64,000 nucleotides of DNA from NCBI GenBank assembly GCA_022605425.2, contig CM061249.1, positions 372,001 to 436,000 on the forward strand. The letters are read 5' to 3'. The position numbers were made by a program, and so were the translations under genes. The notes beneath the pieces were generated by a model, which was not told the DNA's origin, ran no database searches, and saw only the letters and a program-made list of their open reading frames with translations. The stretch comes from Hamiltosporidium tvaerminnensis FI-OER-3-3 (Eukaryota > Fungi > Microsporidia). Shown piece by piece: positions 46,872 to 59,100 of this stretch (the first letter of the stretch is position 1; the number at the start of each line of letters is the position of its first letter).

Positions 46872-49397
46872 TTATTTTGAAATATTCTGATAAATTCTTG
46901 CCATTTTGTAGGCATATAAAGCTATCTGATAGAAACAATTATATTCAATATTCACATTTTTCCGTTGTAAAATTTTATAAAAAATATAAATCGACGTTTT
47001 TCTAAGATTTTTTAGAAATCTAGAATTAATAAAATCTGCTCGTTGAAGGAATAATTTGATTTTTTTATAAAAATTATAAAAAATATCGTAAATATTCTTT
47101 TTAAGGAAAATATTATTTTGATTGAGAATTATTTCAGATGAGTGTCTATTAAAATAAAAATAAATTTTATTTTTGAAACTCAAACCAGGTTTTACAAAAT
47201 TATAGACTAAAGAATATGTAAAATAATCGTAATCGATATCTAAAATTATAGAAAGATTTGAATTTATCTTGTAACCACACCAACTCACAAATGTATTTGA
47301 TATGTTTTCTTTAGAATATTTAATTTCAGATATTTCTAGTTTCCCTTGTTCGTTAGTATTACGATTTCTATTAATTGCATTTATATTTCTAAGCTTTTCT
47401 ATCTTTTCGAACTCTAAAAAATTTTCTTTGATTAAATTTTCAATTCCAAAATTTGAATCAATTTTGCCAAAATTAAATTCAATTCCATATTCTTTCATAT
47501 TTTGTGTTACTTGAAGAAAATTAATTATTTCATTTATATCAGAAGTAATAACAAGAAAATCATCAATATATCTGATTAAAACACCCTTTTCAAAAACTTT
47601 ATTAATAAACTTTTCATCCAACCAATCATAATACAAAGAACAAAGCAAAGAAGATAAAATACATCCTTGTGGTAATCCCTGTTTCTGTAAATAAAATTTA
47701 TTTCGATATTTAATTATATTTTTATTCATCGATTCCAAAATAAAATTTATCATTTTTTTCTTATCAAATTCTTCATCAAAAACGTTATCGTAAAAAATAA
47801 TATTTTTCTTAAAAGTTTTATTTTTAATCAATTCTAGGAACGGCAACCTTGTTTTTCCACAAATTCTGTGTGTTCGTATTTTATATTCTTTGTCTGATTT
47901 ACTGATTGTACAATATTTCCTAATACAGTATTTTGTACTTTTAAAGGAAATATTTAATATTTTTTTCAAAAATTTAAGTGGAATGTTATCATAACACGAT
48001 TTAATATCAATTTTTAGTATAAAATTATCTTTTTCTATATTTTTAGTGTAAGAAGTAAATTTTTGATAAATCTGTTTTTTTTTAATAACAGAATTTTTAA
48101 GAGAATCAATAGTATCGTTTTTTAAAATATCATAAATAGATCTAAGTTTACTATTCATAGATCTTTTACCAGCCACAGAATAAGACATATTTGTAATCAA
48201 TCTAAATCCATCCTTCTTCGGAATCAATCTAGCAGGTGAATATTCTTCACAATTTATATTTACTTTTTCAAAATTTGATAAATTATTCAAAAAATATTTT
48301 TTACTAAAAAAATCCCAAGTTTTTTTCGTAAAGTAAAATATTTTATATTTTGAAAATGAAGTTTCTGTACAATAAAAATATTGAGAAACTATCGGTATAA
48401 AAACATTATTAAACAAAAATATCATTAACCCACAAAAATATCTACATCTCTGTAAATATTCACTTCTTAAACATTTTCTAAATTCAAATATTTTTAAATT
48501 ATTTATTTTAAAATACGAAATTAAATCGTTTTTACAAATTATCTCAAATCGATTTCTTTTCAACAAAATACCCAATTTTCCCTTCAAAATTCTAAAATTA
48601 TAAAAATCAAAAACACTTCCCAACACCTTCTTACACAAACAAAACAAAAAATTTTGTATTTTTTTACAATCTACAGCACAATCCATTATTTTAACCTTAT
48701 TTTCCAAACAATTCTCTTCTTTAAAATATTTTCCAAAAATACTTTTCACAGACACCTTGGCCATCCTCCTCACAAAAATCTCCAACTTACCAACCATATA
48801 AACCTCATTTTTATTAAAATTTTCCTTTTTCCCAAATATAGCAATTTTTAATTTATCTAAATTAATTTCGATTAACCGTTTATGCGCATAAAACATACAC
48901 CCCCGATCCACAACCCTCACCACTCCTTTCCTACACCCCCCAAATATACTCCCCACATTACCACTCAACATAACACACTTGCCCCCAACATTCTGTATCA
49001 AAGAACACCTAGTAAACAAATAAAAAGTAAGCTCATCACCCATCTCCCTAATAATATCAACCCATCCTCTCATCTTAAACAACGTATTCGTAGTATTAGG
49101 ATACACACATCTAAACCCATACCCCTTCATATCCTTAACAAACCCACTACACATCAAATTTTCTTTATCAAATTCTAATAAATAAACCACACATTTATTT
49201 ATTATCTCAGTTACCGTTAAATTATTTTCATAACAGTTTATTTTTACATCATTATGACTTAAAATATAAATATTTTTTATAAATTCACTTCTTTTTATAT
49301 TTTTATATTTTTCTAAATACTCATATAAAGATATATAACCCTTACACCTTATAAATTCACACTCTTCTTCTTTTAAATTAAATCTCATACCAACCAT
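46872..49397 (-). CDS. TERT: telomerase reverse transcriptase
   Basis: T motif YFYCTE...IFYF.K.TW, motifs 1/2 RLIPKKDGFRLI, A KIDIKSCYD, B' GLPQGCILSSLLC, C LIRYIDDFLVI and E WCG. The ATG at 49397 follows CCCC. Confidence 0.97.
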   Translation of the reverse strand: MVGMRFNLKEEECEFIRCKGYISLYEYLEKYKNIKRSEFIKNIYILSHNDVKINCYENNLTVTEIINKCVVYLLEFDKENLMCSGFVKDMKGYGFRCVYPNTTNTLFKMRGWVDIIREMGDELTFYLFTRCSLIQNVGGKCVMLSGNVGSIFGGCRKGVVRVVDRGCMFYAHKRLIEINLDKLKIAIFGKKENFNKNEVYMVGKLEIFVRRMAKVSVKSIFGKYFKEENCLENKVKIMDCAVDCKKIQNFLFCLCKKVLGSVFDFYNFRILKGKLGILLKRNRFEIICKNDLISYFKINNLKIFEFRKCLRSEYLQRCRYFCGLMIFLFNNVFIPIVSQYFYCTETSFSKYKIFYFTKKTWDFFSKKYFLNNLSNFEKVNINCEEYSPARLIPKKDGFRLITNMSYSVAGKRSMNSKLRSIYDILKNDTIDSLKNSVIKKKQIYQKFTSYTKNIEKDNFILKIDIKSCYDNIPLKFLKKILNISFKSTKYCIRKYCTISKSDKEYKIRTHRICGKTRLPFLELIKNKTFKKNIIFYDNVFDEEFDKKKMINFILESMNKNIIKYRNKFYLQKQGLPQGCILSSLLCSLYYDWLDEKFINKVFEKGVLIRYIDDFLVITSDINEIINFLQVTQNMKEYGIEFNFGKIDSNFGIENLIKENFLEFEKIEKLRNINAINRNRNTNEQGKLEISEIKYSKENISNTFVSWCGYKINSNLSIILDIDYDYFTYSLVYNFVKPGLSFKNKIYFYFNRHSSEIILNQNNIFLKKNIYDIFYNFYKKIKLFLQRADFINSRFLKNLRKTSIYIFYKILQRKNVNIEYNCFYQIALYAYKMARIYQNISK

Positions 49398-49439
49398 TTT
49401 CAAGGGGATAATAAATAATAAAAGAATTAAGGATATTAT

Positions 49440-50160
49440 TAGTGTTATATAAGAGTAGGTTAGAGAGAGATAATAGGGTATGTTATTAGTACTAGGGATA
49501 GGGTGGAGGGGTGTTATTAATATGTATATGTTAGTAAAGGGTGTTATTAATACTAGGGATATGTTAGTAAAGGGTGTTATTAATACTATGGATATATTGG
49601 AGGGGTGTTATTAATATGAATAGGTTGGAGGGGTGTTATTAATACTATGGATATATTGGAGGGGTGTTATTAATAGGTATATGTTAGTAAAGGGTGTTAA
49701 TTATCAGTATTTATAATTAACACCCTCTTATTCACTAGTGGGTTAATTAACACCTTATAATTTACTAGTATTTATAATTAACACCTTCCAACCCTACCCT
49801 TATAACTAACACCCTTTACTAACAGATACATATCAATAACACCCCTATAACGATGTACATTATCAATAACACTCTTTACCATACTACTATATAACTAACA
49901 CCCCTTATACATATGTATAAGTATTAACACCCATCCAACCTATCGATAGTAATAACACTCTTTACCATACTACTATATAACTAACACCCCATTATACATA
50001 TCTATTAGTATTAACACCCTTTACCACTATCCTAATACATAACACCCTTTACTGACATATACCATTATCCCTCCTACATATCACATTATCCCTTTACCCC
50101 CATTATTCCTCCTACATATCCCTTTACCCTTTATATCACCACCTCTCACCCCACCCCTTA
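49440..50160. promoter_or_regulatory. divergent TERT/LTN1 intergenic region built as a G-rich then C-rich quasi-palindromic repeat
   Basis: GGGTGTTA units (49508-49700) are mirrored by TAACACCC units (49718-50050). A perfect 14-bp inverted repeat, 49691-49704 / 49713-49726, sits at the centre. Confidence 0.7.
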
Positions 50161-50162
50161 CA

Positions 50163-53100
50163 ATGAACCCATTCCATTCCAACACTTCACACCAACCAGA
50201 CATTTCCACAAAAATAAAAAATCTTAAAAAATCTTCTCCTTCTCTTATAATAGAGACACTTAAATCATTAAACCAAACAGAAATACCCAAAGCATACCTC
50301 CCCCTCCTCATACCAACACTAACAAGTATTATCACCAGTAGTAGTAATAATAGTATAGTGTTAGAGATACTAATATTAGTGAGGATAGTGTTAGAGATAG
50401 TAATAAGAATATAAAGAATAATAAAGATATAAAGGATATAAAAGATAATAAGAATATAAAGAATATTAGAGATTATAAGAATATTAAAGATTATAAGAAT
50501 ATTAAAGATTATAAGAATATTAAAGATTATAAGAATATTAAAGATTATAAGAATATTAAAGATTATAAGAATATACAGAATATTAAAGATCTAAAGACTA
50601 ATAACAATCCTACTACCCACACCACCATCCTTACAAACACCACCACTAATATACCCTCTATACAATATCTCTCTTACTCTCTTCTTCTTAAACTATTAAG
50701 ATCTTATAATATAACCCCCTTTATAAACTATTTATCTTCTATAATTAACATACATATAAGATATCCTACTGATATTTCAAATATAATTTATAAAGAATAT
50801 TTAAAACCAAATTATTCTTTTTATATTTATAATCTTATTTATAATTTAGAAATAGAAAAAGATATTTTACATAGTTTAAAGGTATTTACACATGTTTTAT
50901 ATATATTAAAGAGTAAGTATAATATATATAGTGATTATAGGGGTGTTATAGGTTGTAGTAGTAATTATAAGGGTGTTAGTGATAGAGGTAGTAATTATAA
51001 GGGTGTTAGTGATAGAGGTAGTGATTATAAGGGTGTTAGTGATAGAGGTAGTAATTATAAGGGTGTTAACAATAGTACTGATACTTATCACCCTGTTAAC
51101 AACAGTACTGATACTTTACACCCTGTTAACAATAGTACTGATACTTTATCACCCTGTTAACAACACTACTAATACTTATCACCCTGTTAACAATAGTACT
51201 GATACTTATCACCCTGTTAACAACACTACTTATACTTATCACCCTCTCAGTAACAACAACAGTAATAATAATCCCCTTTATCTTTACTCTTATATAATTA
51301 ACACCCTTTTATCTAACATACATATTATAGATTTTAACAATACTTATAATATAAAAGTAATATCTATAATATTAAGTATAACTTATATAGATTTATATAA
51401 AAATATTATAAATATAAATAATAAGAGTATTTATAATATAAAATATAATTTATTAATTGATATATATAATAGAATAGATTATAATATGTTAATAAGAGAT
51501 ATTAAGTATATAAGTAGTGATATTGTTTGTAAGATAATAGATAGTGATAGTATATATAGGGAGGGGGATATGTTAAAGGGTGATATTAATAGTAGGTTAG
51601 AGGGTGATAGTAATAAGGATTGGAAAGAAGGAGGTGTTAATAACAATACTAGTAAACAATACCCTGTTAACAATCTATCTAATACTTTATACCCCTTTAG
51701 TAACAGTACTAATGAACAACACCCTGTTAACAATACTATCTAATACTTTATACCCCTTTAGTAACAGTACTAATGAACAACACCCTGTTAACAATCTATC
51801 TAATGAACAACACCCTTTTAACAATACTACTAATACTTTATACCCCTTTAGTAACAGTACTAATGAACAACACCCTGTTAACAATCTATCTAATGAACAA
51901 CACCCTGTTAACAATATATCTACACATTCTTATATTAAAGTATCTAATTATAAAGACATACCTGTTAATACTATAGAATGTCTTAATAAGATAATTAAAA
52001 GGGTTTTAAATAAGGAAGAATATTTAATATCTTTTATTAATAGAAATAAAGAATATAACCTTTATAATTATATAATAAAGTATAGTAGTTTCAATATAAT
52101 TAATAAGAGGTGTTGTTATAGTAAGATTAATAAGATATTAACAGAGTATTATAAGGGTAGTAAAGAAGAGGGTGTTAATAACAGTAGGGTAGAGTTAGAG
52201 GGTGTTAATAACAGTAGGGTAGTGTTAGAGGGTGTTAATAACAGTAGGGTAGTGTTAGAGGGTGTTAATAACAGTAGGGTAGAGTTAGAGGGTGATAATT
52301 ATAAGTATAGTAGTGTAAAGGGTGTTAACAATAAGTATAGTAGTGTAAAGGGTGTTAACAATAAGGATAGCAAAGAAGAGGGTGTTAACGATATTAGTAT
52401 TGAACAACACCCTTTTAATGACAGTAGTATCGAACAACACCCTCTTAATAACACTACAACACAACACCCCCTTATCCAAACTCTATATAATTTACACCCT
52501 CTTCTCCAAATACACCGTGCTTCTCTTCTCTCAATACAATTAGACCCCCTTTTTTTTACATATGAAAACATTCAACATAATTTATATTTCTCTTTAAAAG
52601 TATTTCCTATTACATATTTCTATAAAAATATTAATAAATTTACTAATCCACTTCTTACTCTTCTACTATCACCAACACCCTTTATATTACAAGAGATATA
52701 TAATGGATATAAGGGTGATAATACTAGTAGATTAGAGGAAGAGGGTGTTATTGATAAGGAGTATGGATTAGAGGGTGATATTGATAAGGGTAGTAAACAA
52801 CAGGGTGTTATTGATAAGGAGTATGGATTAGAGAGTGTTAGTGACAGAGATGGTGGTTTAAGGGGTGTTAATAATAGAGGTAGTGGTTTAAAGGGTGTTA
52901 TTAATAATGGTAGTAAACAACAGGGTGTTATTGATAAGGGTAGTAAACAACAGGGTGTTATTGATAAGGAGTATGGATTACAGGGTGTTATTGATAAGGG
53001 TAGTAAACAACAGGGTGTTAATGATAGTACTAATACCTTACACCCCTTTAACAATAGTATTAATTATCACCCCTCTTCTACCATTACCTCTACTGTTATT

Positions 53101-56100
53101 CTAAATACATTTACTTCTATTCTTTATATGTCCCCTTTAAATATTAATAATACTTTAGAATGGTTATTATCTACTTTTAATACTTCTACTCTTCTTAATA
53201 TTTATGAAATATTACTTACAGCTTATGAAGAATGTAATAATTATAAAGATAAGGGTATTGTAGAGAGTTTTAGAGACAAGTGTAAGTGTAGCGTATGTAG
53301 TAATAAGGATAGTAGTATGTTGGGTGTTTTGTATAATTTGTGTAAATAGAATAGGTTGTAGAGTGAATAGATATATGTAGAGGGTGTTAATATAAGGAGT
53401 ACTAATTATAAGGGTGTTAGTGATAAGAGTATGATAGAGGGTGTTAATATAAGGAGTACTAATTATAAGGGTGCTAGTGATAAGAGTATGATAGAGGGTG
53501 TTAATATAAGGAGTACTAATTATAAGGGTTTTAGTGATAAGGATAGTAATTATAAGGGTGTTAATACCAAGTAGTAATTATAAGGGTTTTAATACTAGTA
53601 CCGATACCTTACACCCCCTTAACAACAGTACTAATACATTACACCCTCTTAATAACAGTACTAATACCTTAAACCCTCTTAATGACAGTAATAGTAATTA
53701 TAAGGGTGTTAGTAACAGTACTGATATTATAAACCCCCTTAACACCATTACTACCTACATACCTTTTACTGGTATAAAAGAATTCTCTAATAATAACATA
53801 TATACTCTTATAACCTTTATATATAAAAATATAATAATAACACCTTATTTAGATAAATTATTTATAACTCTTTATAGTAGAATATATAATTATACTTATA
53901 AGGTTTATATACCTAAGAATATAAAGTATATACTTAGAGTGTATAAGGGGAGTAGTAATAGTAGTAATAAGACCCCTTTAGATAAGGGTATTAATAAGAC
54001 CCCTTTAGATAACACTAGTTATAAGACCCTTATAGATAAGGGTATTAATAAGACCCTTTTAGATAAGGGTAGTGATAAGACCCCTTTAGATAATAGTAGT
54101 AATACTAACACCCCTTTACTTACTAGTAATACTAACACCCCTTTACTTACTAGTAAAAAAATTAACACCCCTTTGAATAACAGTAATCTTTCTAACACCC
54201 CTTTACTTAATAGTACTAATACTAACACCCCTACCACCAATAACCTTATACCCTTTATATCTCATATTATTACTTATTTAGATACCAATACAATTATAAC
54301 CCTTTTAATTAATTATATATATAAATTAAAAGTAAATCCTTGTAATTGTTATGAAGATTTATACTTTTATTTTAATAAAATGGGTAAAAATGTTGAGCAA
54401 TATCGAATAATACAAATAAAGGCTGCAACACGCTGATGGTAAAAGTGATAGTGAGATACAAAATTAGCTACACCCACCGGCGATTCCCCTACCTTCCTCC
54501 TCCTACACAACAATAACACCTCCCCACCAGCCAACATGCGTAAATGAAATAGTGGGCTTGACACCTTACCTTCCCTAATGACCAGTTCCCTCTTCTAAGT
54601 CTCTGGTGCGAGCCATCTCAATGAAAGCCCTGTACTTAGTACTCAGGTAACAGCTAATGGCATTGCGACGAATTCATTCCGTAACAGCCGACCCGAGGAA
54701 TGGCCTCGAATTGTTTTTTGAGTACAGTTTAAAATGCCAAGAAATGGCTGGACGCCCGTATATAATGAGAATTGCTGCACTGAACTAGTGTTAAAAAATT
54801 GCAAGTGAGATGGGAAAGATGAAAATCGAGAGAATGAGCGACGTAGAATCGCCACTTGTCTCCTGATACATGCACCTTACCGACACCACGGAGTACATAA
54901 ACCTGAGAGATAAATTCTTGAGTAAAATCAAGAAATCTCTGAAACGAAATTGTGTGGTCCAACTAAACATCCAAATGAATTGGTTGATGTAAGTTCTGAT
55001 CTCATAATCGAGTAGTCGGTGAATATGCAAGCTCATGTACCTAGTCAATTACAGCCGCGTATATCATGAGCTCGCAGTATGCTATGACGAGACGCAAAGC
55101 CTAATCCGCTTAAGAAACATAGTAAAATTTGTTGTACTTTAAGATCTTCAAGGCTCGTGCAAAGCTCTCACTTAACGAAGAGCCTTAAGAAAATCATGCA
55201 GTTTAATTAAACTTGAGCAGTGTAACTGATCTTTCTAGGCTTTAGTTAAGAAGATGTTTTGAATGTTTACAGAAAAATTACGATGCATGTAGGAAGCAAT
55301 TCCAAAGAGAATCGTATGTTTAGCTTTCAGGTCGATTTTATCGTGGTTATCTAGCGGTGGAATCCAGCATGTGGTTAGTGATGAAATGTAGTTTGTTAAA
55401 TGTGAACAAAATGATGACACAGTCCGTCATGATTATTTGATTCCATTTGTATCAGATAATATCCGACACGTTTCCTTCACTTGATGAATTTGTAATATCA
55501 TTAATTGGCTCCTAATTGGAAGCTGCTGGAATTAATGGTATCTACAATTTTCATTAAGAAACTTACACTCTTCAAATATCTTTATGATATTGTAAGTTAT
55601 ATGTTTAAGGAACACCTCAGCTGATTGTTTATGCGGGCTTACGTATTTGATACCGAAAGGAATTCACGAAGAGGCTTGATACGGCCAATCACTTGTATGT
55701 CCAACCTCTATAAGTTAACGAAAGTGTGTAACGAAGTCGTTCACTTGAAGTGAAGGCGAGTTGCTTCGAGAACCAACTGCGGTAGAGGGTGCGAGAGGCT
55801 TACTGAATATTGCCTTAATAAAAGTACGGAAACAATCTTGACATGGATTGATGTTAAAAGCTTATGATTCAATAGATCATGCTTATTTAACTCAATGCAT
55901 TAAACCTTAATTTACCTGATTGATCCTGAAATTTATTAAGGTAATTATATCAAATGAAATTGATATATCGTAGCCTGAAAATCATGGCAGAAGATATGAT
56001 CCTGATGTTGTACTTGTTATTTGTGTTTGTATGATCCATGCCGAAAGTTAATGAAAATACAAAGTGACGTACAACAGATGGAATCCCATTCTACTAATCA

Positions 56101-59100
56101 TCTCTTGTTTATTGATGATCTTAAGTCCTTCAAAGACACTCCACATTGAGTGCTATGACGGGCAAGAATTTTAGAGGTGATTGCTTGATTAAAAGAAGTC
56201 AGCAATGATACGTGTTGTGAAGATACTGCTACTTTCTGAAGGTGTTAGTGTTTACAATATTTAGGAATAATAGAAGGCAGAGGAATCCCAACACGTAGCT
56301 CATTTGAGAATAGAGAAACTTTATCAGAGTTGAAGACTTTGTCACACTAGATTAAATGCAAAAATTTATTTTCTGCAATCAATCAACATGCGATATCGTT
56401 AATCAACTACCCATGAGTACTTGACTTGACGTGATTTAGTTAGATGATGTGTGCGTGCGTGTTGGTTAAATAAGATACATCTCCGCCCAGGATGTAAGGC
56501 GGTTTATCTTCCTGAACAGAACTTGAAGAGGCCTACATGTGTTGAGTTGCAAGCGAACATATGCTTCTGCACTCTTGGATTGTCTGAAAAAGTAAAAAAT
56601 ATCAACTAGACGAGCAGCAATCCTCAGGTGAGAAATAATAAAACCCATCTTGCACTAATAAAGGCTTCTTAAAGTAAGTACGGTTGGCGAAGAAGTCACT
56701 GAAAGTTTAGAGAAGCTCAACTTGCAAACTATATAACGAAATAGAAAAACGAAACTCCATTCAAAGTTATATAATGCAGGAAAATGAGCTGTGAGTGTTA
56801 GTGACTCTTCAAGATGGCTAAGAGAGGAAATATTGGCCACGAAATGAAGTTTTTCTATATCCAGGATGAAATGTATTCTAGCAGATTGTGTGTCAACATT
56901 CAGTCTTAAGACTTGGATCATCTAGCAACTAGATGTGAAAATGCTAGCCATGATTACACTAGACGGCATAATGAAGTGGTTAGATGCCTACACCTTTCCT
57001 TTAATAGATATAGTTTAGTCTTCAAACGAATAGGAGCCACTGTTCAGAAATTCTTGATAATGTATGCGATAAGAGGGACACCAATTAAACTGATGTTAAT
57101 TGAATACAGACCAGACATATTTATTTTAGATAAGAAGAAGAATAAGATAACACTCATTAGTAGGAATCACTTCCAGATTCACTTCAATAGTTGAAACTGA
57201 AAACTTAAGTATGACCTGCTAGCCAATGAGTTGCCTTATTTATAAGTGTAGTTTAGATAATCCCTTAGTGATGACCTGGACTATTTGACAAAATACCATA
57301 AACTCATCTTAAAGACTAAATACCCATGAATGAAGTACATTCGTTTAGTACTTAAAAGACAGTCGAAACTACCTATCACAAAGGACTTGTCACTAATGCC
57401 AGCTAGAGCATGTTATATATCAAGAGCATAGGAACCAATACCCCTTTAAAGAAGCGAAACGGAAGATGGTGCCAAAATTTTAAACAAAATAAAGCCCTTT
57501 ATTTTACAAGGAACCACTTGAACCGACCAACATAATAGGTTTTACAGGGTTGTAAATTAAATGGTAAAAATATTTTAAATTTATTAATAAAATATTTTAA
57601 TAAATATTTTTATAAGAATATTAAAAGGTATCCTTTAAGTAGTAATAAGTATAAAGAAATAAAAGGGTTATATTATATAGTAAAGGGGTATATAGAGAAT
57701 AATATTGATGTTAGTGATAATAGGGATGGTGATAGTGTGTTGTAGTGGTTATATGGTATAGGGTAATATAATGTTTAGTTTGGTGATAATAGGGTTAGTG
57801 ATAGTAGTGTTAGTGATAATAGGGTAGGGGATATTGGTGATAGTGTTAGTGATATTGGTGATAGTAGTGTTAGTGATAGTAGGGTTAGTGATAATAGGGT
57901 AGGGGATATTGGTGATAATAGGGTTAGTGATAATAGGGTTAGTGATAATAGGGTAGGGGATATTGGTGATAGTGTTAGTGATATTGGTGATAATAGGGTT
58001 GGTGGTAATAGTGTTAGTGATAATAGGGTAGGGGATATTGGTGATAATAGGGTTAGTGATAATAGGGTTAGTGATAATAGTGTTAGTAATACTCTTATAT
58101 GTATAGCTATAACACTATCTAATATATTAAATATAAAGAGTACTTTTATAGAAGAATATAAGGTAGAGGGTGTTAGTAATAAGAATAAGGAATATAAGGG
58201 TGTTAGTAGTATCATTAGTAAGTTTGAGGGTATTAGTGTAGTAGAGTGTGATAGTATAAAGGGTAGTAGTAATTATAAGGGTGATAATGATAGTATAAGG
58301 GTGTGTATTTGATATAGTGGGATTTGGGTATTGTTGGATTTGAAAGGGTAGTAATTATAAGGGTGATAATGATAGTATAAAGGGTATTAGTAATTATAAG
58401 GGTGATAATGATAGTACTAATGAGCAACAGGGTGATAATACTAGTACTAATGGGCAACAGGGTGTTAGTAATAAGGATAGTAATTATCACCCCTTTAGTA
58501 AGATGACTAATAAACAACACCCTGTTAACAATCTATATAATAAACAACAGGGTGATAATACTAATACTAATGGGCAACAGGGTGTTAGTAATAAGGATAG
58601 TAATTATCACCCCTTTAGTAAGATGACTAGTAAACAACACCCTGTTAACAATACTACTAACAATACCCCTTTATCTTATACCTTAATAATAACAGTATTA
58701 TTTATCTTAATAATACTTTTATAGATAGTCTTGGTAATAACAAGCATTTTATACTTATGAGTTGTAAAAGTAATAACTATAGTGAGTATAAGGGATATAG
58801 TGAGTATAATAAGTATAGTGATAATAGTAAGTACAATCAGTATAAGAGTAATAACAAGTATAAGAGTAATAACAAGTATAAGAGTAATAAGTATGTCAAT
58901 GTGTTTATAAGAATGTATAAGAATAAGAGTCTTAGCAATAAAGATATTAATATTATTAGTAAGAATAAGAGGTTATTAAATTATTACATACAAAGGTATA
59001 TGGGTAGTGATTATAGGGGTGTTAATAAAGGGTATTATAATTATAGGGGTGTTAGTAAGGAGTATGATAATTATAGGGGTGTTAGTAAGGAGTATGATAA

